NCBI GenBank assembly: GCA_963555815.3
Contig: CAUVWX020000001.1
Location: 224,001 to 288,000 of the forward strand
Reading direction: 5' to 3'
Source of the DNA: a bacterium
Lineage (GTDB): Bacteria; UBA8248; JACPRG01; G963555815
Length of the DNA: 64,000 bases
Part shown: in pieces, positions 10,422-18,695 of the stretch
Position numbering within the stretch: position 1 is the stretch's first letter
Layout: each line of letters begins with the position of its first letter
Notes under the pieces: model-generated
Seen by the model: only the letters and a program-made list of their open reading frames with translations
Databases searched by the model: none
Told to the model about the DNA's origin: nothing
Translations under genes and position numbers: made by a program

Positions 10422-11822
10422 CTAAGCGGACGGAAGGACCCGGTAGACCTTATTCCCGCCCCGTTGGATGAGGACCAGGTGGTCCTCCTTATCCTGGGAG
10501 AGGGCCCTCGTGAAGCCCTCCACGTCCTGAACCTGGCGGCGGTTCACCTCCAAGATGAGGTCCCCCCGGCGAATCCCAGCCCGGGCCGCCGAGCTTCCAG
10601 GCTCCACACTGGAAACCAAGACGCCGGAGCGGGGGGGAACATCAAGGCGCTCGGCCAGCTCGGGCGTCAGGTTCTGGACTGTCAGGCCAAGGGTCTCCTT
10701 CACGTCCTCCGAGGAAGCAACGCGTTCCTCTTCTTCAAGTCGGGAGAGTTTCACCTTCACCTCTTGCGTGGCGGAGTCCCGGAGGATCTTCAGACGGACC
10801 ATCTTTCCCGCCTCAGTTCCCGCCACCATCCGTGCCAGGTCGCGACGATCCTCGACTGACTTTCCGTCAAACTCCAGGATAACGTCCCCGCTCTGAAGGC
10901 CCGCCTCTTCGGCCGGACCCCCCTCGCCCACATCGGACACCAGGACTCCCTTCGGCTCCTCAAGGTCAAACTGCCTGGCCAGCTCTGGCGTTACATCCTG
11001 AATGACCACCCCCAGAAACCCACGCTCGACCATTCCGCTTTCCCGCAGTTGATCGATCACATTGCGAGCCATGTTCGCGGGAATGGAGAAGCCGATCCCC
11101 TGTCCCGTGGGGACGATGGCGGTATTAATCCCAACCACCTCGCCGTCGAGGTTGAAGAGAGGACCCCCTGAATTCCCCGGATTGATGGAGGCGTCGGTTT
11201 GAATGAAATCGTCATAGGGTCCGGCACCAATGACGCGCCCCTTGGCGCTGACGATCCCGGACGTCACCGTATGCCCAAAGCCAAAGGGGTTGCCGATGGC
11301 GAGGACCCAGTCGCCGACGCGAAGGACGTCAGAGTCCCCAAGCTCGGCGATCGGAAGGGAGTCGTCGGGCTCGATCTTGAGGAGGGCGAGGTCTGTCCGC
11401 TCATCGGTGCCGATGAGCTCAGCCTTGTATTCTTTCTTGTCGGCCAGGACCACCTTGATCTCTGTGGCCCGACCCACGACGTGGTTATTGGTCACGATGA
11501 ACCCGTCGGGGCTGATAATGAAGCCAGAGCCCTGGCCCTGCCGCCGGAACTCTCGAGGGGGCTCATCACCGAAGAACCGTCTAAAGAACTCTTCGAAGGG
11601 GTCTCTCTCCCTGCCCTCAAAGGGGCTCCGGAAGGGCAAGCGGCGGCGCTCCAGGGTGGTCACCTGGATGTTGACCACGGTAGGTTTCAGTTGCTCAGCG
11701 AGTTCCGCAAAGGAGTCCGGGCGGGTCTGGGCGACGGCGATGTCGGCCAAGGGTGAGGGCGTCCACGCCAAGCCGCTCGCGAAGAAAAGGAAGACCGCAT
11801 ATAGAAAACCTCGCGTTTTCAT
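10422..11822 (-). CDS. degP: DegP/DegQ (HtrA) periplasmic serine protease with two PDZ domains
   Basis: TNNHVV, TDLAL, IQTDASINPGNSGGPL; signal peptide; AAGGAGG RBS before ATG 11822. Confidence 0.93.
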   Translation of the reverse strand: MKTRGFLYAVFLFFASGLAWTPSPLADIAVAQTRPDSFAELAEQLKPTVVNIQVTTLERRRLPFRSPFEGRERDPFEEFFRRFFGDEPPREFRRQGQGSGFIISPDGFIVTNNHVVGRATEIKVVLADKKEYKAELIGTDERTDLALLKIEPDDSLPIAELGDSDVLRVGDWVLAIGNPFGFGHTVTSGIVSAKGRVIGAGPYDDFIQTDASINPGNSGGPLFNLDGEVVGINTAIVPTGQGIGFSIPANMARNVIDQLRESGMVERGFLGVVIQDVTPELARQFDLEEPKGVLVSDVGEGGPAEEAGLQSGDVILEFDGKSVEDRRDLARMVAGTEAGKMVRLKILRDSATQEVKVKLSRLEEEERVASSEDVKETLGLTVQNLTPELAERLDVPPRSGVLVSSVEPGSSAARAGIRRGDLILEVNRRQVQDVEGFTRALSQDKEDHLVLIQRGGNKVYRVLPSA

Positions 11823-12010
11823 ATCTTTTCCTCCTTCGCCACTTCTCCTCAGACCTTCTCCACCGGAAGGTCTGGTGAGAAGCCACTCAACCTTGACGGA
11901 CACTGTTGACGACTGAGTTGCCCCCGCCCCTAAAAGTTGCGGCGGGGACAATTTCCCGACCCACCTGGGGCCAAGCGAAACCTTGGACGCTTGAGAGCCT
12001 CAGTCAAACT
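11823..12010 (-). promoter_or_regulatory. Structured 5' leader of degP (four hairpins, alternative long-range helix)
   Basis: Stems at 11841-11883, 11885-11918, 11918-11951 and 11971-11986; G-U pairs favour the minus-strand RNA; candidate promoter TTGATT-18-TATATT at 12068-12039. Confidence 0.5.
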
Positions 12011-12089
12011 ACTTCATTAAAACCAATACGTTATCATCAATATAGGGAATCACCCCCCTAAAAATCAAGGGTGTTTTTATCTCCATCTT

Positions 12090-12980
12090 TTAGCCCGGCA
12101 GGAGGGAGTCTAGCACAAGCCCACCGGCGAGGAGCGCGCTGAAATAGGCGTTCAGGTGGAAGAAGGAAAAATTCGCCCGCGAGAGGTCGTGGGGCTTGAC
12201 GATGGCATGTTGATAGGCGAGGACGAGAATCCCCAGGCCCCACACAACCCAGTAAGCCAGGCCGAGCTGTCCGATCCAGCCCACCATCCCAAAGGACAAA
12301 ACCGTCAGGGCGTGCAGAGCCCCCGAGATCCGAAGCCCGCTGGTGATCCCAAACCGAGCGGGAATGGAGTGGAGACCCTCGGCCCGATCAAAGTCAAAGT
12401 CTAGGCAGGCGTAGATGACGTCAAAGCCCGCCACCCAGGCGACCACCCCCAGGGAGAGCCAAAGGGGAAGGACTGTCAGATCTCCCCGAATGGCGATCCA
12501 GGCCCCCGCCGGGGCACAGGCCAAGGCGAAGCCCAGGACCCCATGAGAAACCCACGTCCAGCGTTTGGAGTAGGAATAGAAAATGATGACGGCCACCACG
12601 GCAGGAGCCAGGGCCAAGGTGAGACGGTTCAGCAAGCTCGCGGCTAGCAGGAACAGGGCGAGAGAAAACCCAAGAAAGACCCAGATCCCCGGCCCCTCCA
12701 GGATCCCACGGTAGGCCAGGCGGTCTCGGGTCCTCGGGTTTCGTGCGTCGAACTCCTTGTCGGCGAGCCGATTCAGGGCAAAGGCGAAGTTCCGGGCGCC
12801 GACGGCCGCCGCCACGATCCACCCCAAGGCCCAGAGCCTTGGCCACCCCTCGGCCGCCAGAAAAGCGCCCGCAAGGGCAAAGGGCAGAGCAAAGAGGGTG
12901 TGCTCGAATTTTACGAGCCGCAGGAGGAGCCCTGTCTGTCGCCGCCACGACACCCTGCCCAGGGTCTCAGTCGAGGCCAT
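12090..12980 (-). CDS. ubiA: UbiA-family prenyltransferase (futalosine-pathway MqnP type)
   Basis: KFEHTLFALPFA, NRLADKEFDARNPRT, GFDVIYACLD..FDR..GLHSIP. Confidence 0.9.
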   Translation of the reverse strand: MASTETLGRVSWRRQTGLLLRLVKFEHTLFALPFALAGAFLAAEGWPRLWALGWIVAAAVGARNFAFALNRLADKEFDARNPRTRDRLAYRGILEGPGIWVFLGFSLALFLLAASLLNRLTLALAPAVVAVIIFYSYSKRWTWVSHGVLGFALACAPAGAWIAIRGDLTVLPLWLSLGVVAWVAGFDVIYACLDFDFDRAEGLHSIPARFGITSGLRISGALHALTVLSFGMVGWIGQLGLAYWVVWGLGILVLAYQHAIVKPHDLSRANFSFFHLNAYFSALLAGGLVLDSLLPG

Positions 12981-14409
12981 ATTCCTTCCAGCGGCGGGCC
13001 ACGAGGGCCTTCACTTCGGGCGTCATGGTGACGGGGGCGGGCCAGGACCGTTCAAATCCCTCCTCCCGCCACTTAGGGGTGGCGTCGACCCCCATCTTGG
13101 ACCCCACTGTCGGGAGCGGCGCGGCGTGGTCCAGGACCTCCACCGGGCCATCCACAAAGGCGATATCCCGCCGGGGGTCGATGCTGTTGGTGACGACCCA
13201 GGTCACCTCGCTCAGGTCGTGGACGTTCACATCGGAATCCACCACGATGATGGCCTTGGCGAACATCATCTGGCCCATGCCCCACAAGGCGTGCATCACC
13301 TTGCGCGCATGATGGGGATAGCTTTTTCGGATGGAGATGATGACGAGGTTGTGGAAGACCCCCTCGGCGGGCATGTTGATGTCCACCACCTCGGGGAGCT
13401 GCATCTGGATGAGGGGGAGAAAAATGCGCTCGGTGGCCTTTCCCATGTAGTAGTCCTCCATGGGGGGGCGCCCAACGACCGTCGTGCAGTAGATGGGATC
13501 TCGCCGATGCGTGACACAGGTGAGATGGAAGACCGGATAATCATCGGCCAGGGAGTAGTAGCCCGTATGGTCCCCAAAGGGGCCCTCCTGGCGCAGCTCC
13601 CCGGGTTCCAGATAGCCCTCCAGGACAATGTCGGCATCGGCCGGGACCTCCAGGTCCACCGTCTCGCACCGCACGAGCCGCACCCGTTTCCGTCTGAGGA
13701 AGCCTGCGAAGAGGAGCTCATCCATGCCGGGCGGGAGGGGCGCTGTGGCCGCATAGGTGAGGATGGGGTCTCCGCCCAGGGCGATGGCCGCCTCCATCCG
13801 TCTGCCCAGGGCGCAGTGCTCCCGGTAGTGCTGGGCCCCGTCGTGATGGGTGTGCCAGTGCATCCCCGCTGTGGTCCGATCGAAGATCTGCATCCGGTAC
13901 ATCCCCACATTTCGCGTGCTGGCGGGGTCCTTGGTGTAGACCTGAGGGATTGTGATGTAGCGGCCGCCGTCCTCGGGCCAGCACTTCAGGGCGGGGATCC
14001 AGTCGAGGGTCGCCCCCTCCTTGATCACCACCTCCTTGCAGGGGCCGTTCGGGACCACATGAGGGCCGATGGAGGCCAGACGCGCCAACTCTGGCAGCTT
14101 CTTGATTTTTTCCAGCAGACTGGATGGCATCTCCACGCGAAGGAGCTCACTCACGCGGTCTGCCACCTCCTGTGCGCGCTCCACCCCGAGGGCCATGGCC
14201 ATGCGTCGCTCCGACCCCAGGGCGTTGATGAGGAGAGGGATATGGTGGCCCCGCACCTTCTCAAAGAGAAGGGCCGGCCCCTCTCTCTTCACAATGCGGT
14301 CGGTGATCTCGGTGATCTCAAGCTCGGGGTCCACCTCGGCCTGAATCCGCTTCAGTTCCCCCGCCGCCTCCAGGGCGGTGACAAACTCCGCCGTGCTGTC
14401 AAAGGCCAT
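12967..14409 (-). CDS. ubiD: UbiD-family decarboxylase (menaquinone MqnL type)
   Basis: EVDPELEITEI, NVGMYRMQ, EGPFGDHTGYY, GSKMGVDAT. Confidence 0.93.
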   Translation of the reverse strand: MAFDSTAEFVTALEAAGELKRIQAEVDPELEITEITDRIVKREGPALLFEKVRGHHIPLLINALGSERRMAMALGVERAQEVADRVSELLRVEMPSSLLEKIKKLPELARLASIGPHVVPNGPCKEVVIKEGATLDWIPALKCWPEDGGRYITIPQVYTKDPASTRNVGMYRMQIFDRTTAGMHWHTHHDGAQHYREHCALGRRMEAAIALGGDPILTYAATAPLPPGMDELLFAGFLRRKRVRLVRCETVDLEVPADADIVLEGYLEPGELRQEGPFGDHTGYYSLADDYPVFHLTCVTHRRDPIYCTTVVGRPPMEDYYMGKATERIFLPLIQMQLPEVVDINMPAEGVFHNLVIISIRKSYPHHARKVMHALWGMGQMMFAKAIIVVDSDVNVHDLSEVTWVVTNSIDPRRDIAFVDGPVEVLDHAAPLPTVGSKMGVDATPKWREEGFERSWPAPVTMTPEVKALVARRWKEYGLD

Positions 14410-14492
14410 GATCGCTGGGCTCCCAGTGGTGTCGGACACTATAGCACATGGCATCCGCCCCCCCGGTCCGGGGGATCTCTCAACGGCGGGCT

Positions 14493-14786
14493 TTATTCGA
14501 TGATCTTCGGAACTTTGTAGTAACGCTGCTCGGCCTTTGGGGCGAGCGGAAGGAAATCGACCTGGGGAAGGGGGTGGTTAATCTCGTCCTCCCGGAAAAC
14601 GTTCTTTAGGGGAAGAACGTGGGAGGTCGGCTCCACCTGTTCTGTGTCCAGCTCGTTTAATTTCTCCATGTAGGCAAGGATGTTACCGAGTTGTTCGCGG
14701 TACTTCTCGATCTCATTCTCGCTCAGATGGAGCTGTACCAAATGGGCCACGTGCTCCACCTGTTCACGGGTCAGCTTCGTCGCCAT
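14493..14786 (-). CDS. gatC: Asp/Glu-tRNA amidotransferase subunit C
   Basis: VEHVAHL..L, LNELDTEQVEPTSH, NVFRED, YKVPKII. Confidence 0.93.
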   Translation of the reverse strand: MATKLTREQVEHVAHLVQLHLSENEIEKYREQLGNILAYMEKLNELDTEQVEPTSHVLPLKNVFREDEINHPLPQVDFLPLAPKAEQRYYKVPKIIE

Positions 14787-14788
14787 GT

Positions 14789-15688
14789 TCAGTCCTTACG
14801 AGGGACGACCTCCAAGTCTCGGGCCCCGGGCCGGACGATGTGGTCAGCCGGATAAAACCCCTTCCGGACCGTTGTGTTCGGATAGATCCAGGAGCGAGGG
14901 CCCACCAGGGTGCCAGGCGAGGTCACGGCATTGCAACCCACCTCCACGTCATCCCCGAGGATGGCCCCAAATTTTCGAAGGCCCGTATCGAGGCGGCCTT
15001 CCACCAAGGGGAGATTTTTGTTCACCTCTGCCCCCTCCCCTTTGTTTTTCGCACCCCGTGGGCTTGCGGCCCCTTCGTATTTTTCCGTCTCCTCCCAGGG
15101 AAGCTGAATACGAGATTCCGAAATCTTCCTTCCCGGAGAGCGAAGTTCCAGGTTGGCGAGCTTCGAACCAGCCCCCAGGTTCACGTGGCGGCCAAGCAGG
15201 CTGTCTCCCACATAGGCAAAGTGACCCGCCTCCGCCCCTTCCAGAAAAACGGAGTTCTTTACCTCTGTGACGTGGCCGACCACGGCCCCCGAGCCGACGG
15301 CCACTGCCCCGCGCAGGTAAGCCCCCTGACGGAGCTCAGCCCCAGACTCTATCAGGGCGCTCGATTTGATCAGCACTCCAGGCTCAAGACGGGTCCCCTT
15401 TCCGATCCAGATAAGGAGTTCGGGAAAGAGAAGATCCTGGCGAGCGATTACCAACCTCTCCACTGTCACCATGCCCTCATGGAACGTCATCCCAGGAGGA
15501 CAATCAGAGGGTTTGGTCTTCTTCGCCCGACTGGAGATCTCCCGCTCAATGAAGGGGCCGATATTTTTCACCGCTTCCCATGCGAAGCCGACACCCTCGA
15601 AGAGAGACCCAAAAGTGGAAGCCGAGTCGAGAAAGTAAAAACCCGGTTTTAAAGCCTGGGGCCGGACGGCCACTGCCTTTTGGCTCAT
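14789..15688 (-). CDS. Left-handed beta-helix acyltransferase (archaeal GlmU C-terminal-like)
   Basis: RQGAYLRG, GHVTEVKNS, HFAYVGDSLLG..VNLGAG, DTGLRKFGAILGD; ATGA overlap with the upstream gene. Confidence 0.8.
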   Translation of the reverse strand: MSQKAVAVRPQALKPGFYFLDSASTFGSLFEGVGFAWEAVKNIGPFIEREISSRAKKTKPSDCPPGMTFHEGMVTVERLVIARQDLLFPELLIWIGKGTRLEPGVLIKSSALIESGAELRQGAYLRGAVAVGSGAVVGHVTEVKNSVFLEGAEAGHFAYVGDSLLGRHVNLGAGSKLANLELRSPGRKISESRIQLPWEETEKYEGAASPRGAKNKGEGAEVNKNLPLVEGRLDTGLRKFGAILGDDVEVGCNAVTSPGTLVGPRSWIYPNTTVRKGFYPADHIVRPGARDLEVVPRKD

Positions 15689-17742
15689 CCTCTCCTCTCC
15701 ATTGGCTCCCCAGCGTACCAAAGTCCAAGCCCCGTGGCCTTCCACCCACCGCCGTCGCGGGCGATGAGACCCTGCCGGGCCATCTCCCTCAGGAGGCGGG
15801 ACTCGTCAACCCCCGGTGGAATCACAGACTTCGCACCGTCCACGCACCCCCCGACGAGGGCTTCTAGAACCTTCAGTTCGGCCCCCGCGTAAAGACTGGA
15901 GGGGGATTTTAGGCGAAGGGTGAGGACTCGCTGGACAGCCTCTCCAACGGCCTCAAGACTTTTGGCCTCCTTGGCCGGCCCCTGGAGAGAGACGCCGGTC
16001 TTCTCCTCTGTCCCTGAGTTTCGGACATAGAGGCCCCCCCGTTGAACGCCCTCCGCGTCGTCCAGGGCCAGATAGAGCATGTCGGGATCCTCCGGCAGAA
16101 TAATCTCCCTTCTATGGTAACGCCCCGAAAAGGCTTTTTGACACTCATGGACAAGGGCTGAATGGACCTCCTGCCAATCAGAGGAGCCCCTTTGAAACCG
16201 GGACCGGTCTGTGTAATAGGCATAGCGAAGCCGTTTATAGCTTCGGGGGAAGGGGTGGTGGATGGCCTCCAGGGCCTCTTCCATGGATAAAGAGCGACGA
16301 AGGATGGAAATCGCCACGAGGGCGTTCACAGCCGCCTTCAGCCCATTTCCTGCAAAGAGGGGGGCCGAAGAGGCGCTGGGCCGCTCCACCCACCCCAGCG
16401 TGATGTGGTGGCCTGAGCTCTCGGCCCCCAAGGCGAAGGGGACAGCGCCGGGCCGAAGGAGCTCCTCAGGGGATTCCCCTCCAAGCCCCCCCAGGAGGTC
16501 CGAAAGGGCCTCCACATCGGCCTCTCCCGCCTCCAGATCCGCAAGTGAATCTGCAAGGGAAGCCGGCATTTTCCCCCGCTTCGCGCTCAACGCCCGAAGC
16601 CAGGCAAGCCCAGCGTGCCACAGGAGCCAGCGGTCTCCGACGGGCGTCAGGCTCAACTGAAGACCCAATGTGCCTGCTGCCGCCCCGGCTCCAAGGTCAC
16701 TCTCCACCGTGAAGGCGCAGCTGGCCCCTTCAAATTGACGCGGGTGGCTTCGGACCAGATACCGAGCGAGGTGAACCCCGATCACATCGCCGTCCAGGAC
16801 CGCCACCCGGTCCTGAAGGGGGTCGTAAATGAGCAGGAGACTTCGGTCCCCGTCGGCGTCAAAGACCGCCCCTGCGGCAAAGTTTTTGCTCTGACAAAGG
16901 GCCTTTCGATGGGACCGGCCAAGCTCAAAGAGGGCCGAGACCGCCCGATGGTCCGAGGGTCCCGAAAACGTCTCTGGTTCGATCCACTCCATCCCCTCGA
17001 GCTCGACAACCCCTCCCCCGCGGTTCAGGGGGCTACCTTCCCCGTTCACCTCCAGGACCTCGAGCGCCCCGAGCGCCTGAAAAACCTCTCGCGCGAGACC
17101 GGAAAGGGCGCCTCCGGCCGGGTCCACCACGAGGAGAAGATCCTTAAATTCTTCCCTGTCAGAAGACCAGGTGTTGGTGGGGGAAAGAGAGAATTTCAGA
17201 AAGGCCTCTCGGCAGGGGGCCTTGAGGTCGATGGGATCGGGGGAGTCGCCTCCCTGCAACGGCAACTCCTCTGGCAGGGCATAGATTTGGCGCGTGAGTC
17301 GGGTCTCTTGCGGGGGCAAAGGTTTGAGGGCGAGGGGGCCCTTAAAAAGTTTTAGGCCGTTTTGGTCTTCCGGGTTGTGCGAGGCAGTCAGGGCGATCCC
17401 GGCCGGGGCCGAGCGTTGAACCATCAGAAGGGGGATGGCTGTGGTCGGGGCCATCCCAAGAAGGACCGCGCGACGACCCGCCCCCTGGATCCCACGGACG
17501 GCCGCCTCAATAAAATCTCCCCTTCGATCCCTGGGGTCCCACCCGAGGACCACCTCCTCTAAAGGGCCCGCCGCCTCCCTGGCGAAGGCGAAGCAATAGC
17601 GCGTCACAAATGCAGGGGTCAAGAGCCCCTGCTTCCACAAGGCCGAGACGGGGTCCAAACCCTCCAGCCGGGAGTCCGTGTCACGCACCATCACCCCTCG
17701 GACCCCATCTGTCCCCTGAAGTCGGCTTGGCCTCTCAGACAT
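15685..17742 (-). CDS. Enlarged phosphohexomutase (GlmM/PMM family)
   Basis: GTDGVRG, TASHNP..NGLK, FDADGDR, TPVGDR, GAESSGH, VRNSGTE. Confidence 0.8.
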   Translation of the reverse strand: MSERPSRLQGTDGVRGVMVRDTDSRLEGLDPVSALWKQGLLTPAFVTRYCFAFAREAAGPLEEVVLGWDPRDRRGDFIEAAVRGIQGAGRRAVLLGMAPTTAIPLLMVQRSAPAGIALTASHNPEDQNGLKLFKGPLALKPLPPQETRLTRQIYALPEELPLQGGDSPDPIDLKAPCREAFLKFSLSPTNTWSSDREEFKDLLLVVDPAGGALSGLAREVFQALGALEVLEVNGEGSPLNRGGGVVELEGMEWIEPETFSGPSDHRAVSALFELGRSHRKALCQSKNFAAGAVFDADGDRSLLLIYDPLQDRVAVLDGDVIGVHLARYLVRSHPRQFEGASCAFTVESDLGAGAAAGTLGLQLSLTPVGDRWLLWHAGLAWLRALSAKRGKMPASLADSLADLEAGEADVEALSDLLGGLGGESPEELLRPGAVPFALGAESSGHHITLGWVERPSASSAPLFAGNGLKAAVNALVAISILRRSLSMEEALEAIHHPFPRSYKRLRYAYYTDRSRFQRGSSDWQEVHSALVHECQKAFSGRYHRREIILPEDPDMLYLALDDAEGVQRGGLYVRNSGTEEKTGVSLQGPAKEAKSLEAVGEAVQRVLTLRLKSPSSLYAGAELKVLEALVGGCVDGAKSVIPPGVDESRLLREMARQGLIARDGGGWKATGLGLWYAGEPMERRG

Positions 17743-17796
17743 CTAATCTCTCTTTTCAGAAATCATCATGACGAACACAAAAATTCTAATAACAGT

Positions 17797-18588
17797 TCAA
17801 ACCGCAATGGAGGCCATCATCAAGAGTCCGAACGCAAGAACAAAATAGCCGAAATTGACCCGTTCGGCGAATTTTAACAGAACGTGGATAGTCGAAATTC
17901 CAAAAAGGAAAGAAAACAGCAGTCCAGCGCCTATCTCGGGGGACCAACTAAAATATTTGATGTTTAGTACGACGTTGCCCGCCAACACGATCGGGAGACT
18001 CATCAAGAAACTCAGTTGCAGTGCATGGATATCGCCAAATCTTCTCAAAAGTAACGTGGAGACCGTCAAACCAGAACGTGACAATCCGGGCAAAACCGCC
18101 AAACCTTGAGCGACACCCAGAAGGACGCCATCCAACAGTCGCACCTCTCCCCGATTCTTCTGGATCCCCTTTCGTCTCTTGAATTGAAGACCCGCAGTAA
18201 TCAGGAGTAAAAGCCCGATGGCGAAGGTGATTGTCTTGCTCGACAGCTGAAGGGTTCCTCCCATGCCGGTCAACACCTTCAGCAATAGAGCTCCCAGGGC
18301 TCCGCTGATCAGCGTCGAAACGATAAGAAAGCGGAGCACAGATTTGTATTCGCTCTCTGCCGATTGATATCTGAAAAGCGCTTTCAACAGCGAGATGACA
18401 TCTTTGCGTAAATACACCAATGCCGCAAAAAAAGTGCCGAGGTGAAGAAAGAGTGCAAACTGCACGAGCTTTTGAATGTCAGTCTCTTGATACAAATTTA
18501 CTTTTATCAGCGCAATCAGTCCTTCCGAACTGACAGGAAGCCATTCAGCGATGCCCTGTACCGTGCCTAGGATGATTCCTTCGAGCAT
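17797..18588 (-). CDS. uppP: Undecaprenyl-diphosphate phosphatase (BacA family)
   Basis: QGIAEWLPVSSEG, LHLGT, QGLAVLPGLSRSGLT, SFLMSLP; visibly AT-richer than flanks. Confidence 0.9.
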   Translation of the reverse strand: MLEGIILGTVQGIAEWLPVSSEGLIALIKVNLYQETDIQKLVQFALFLHLGTFFAALVYLRKDVISLLKALFRYQSAESEYKSVLRFLIVSTLISGALGALLLKVLTGMGGTLQLSSKTITFAIGLLLLITAGLQFKRRKGIQKNRGEVRLLDGVLLGVAQGLAVLPGLSRSGLTVSTLLLRRFGDIHALQLSFLMSLPIVLAGNVVLNIKYFSWSPEIGAGLLFSFLFGISTIHVLLKFAERVNFGYFVLAFGLLMMASIAV

Positions 18589-18695
18589 ATCTATTCCTCA
18601 CCACTCAAAATCAAGACAAACACTACCGGGTCATCTTTTCAAATTGACAGACAGGAAAACCTGTGGCCCACCCAGGACCCTCTTCTCATGTCCTC

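Noticed and set aside
11823..12010. Known riboswitch class (c-di-AMP ydaO, cobalamin, yybP)
   Set aside because: Only short chance-like matches; core consensus elements are absent, so it is kept as an unclassified leader.
12757..14520. 587-aa plus-strand ORF
   Set aside because: Antisense to ubiD; no recognisable domain.
14493..14786. gatC without gatA/gatB as a novelty
   Set aside because: Split gatCAB arrangements are common.
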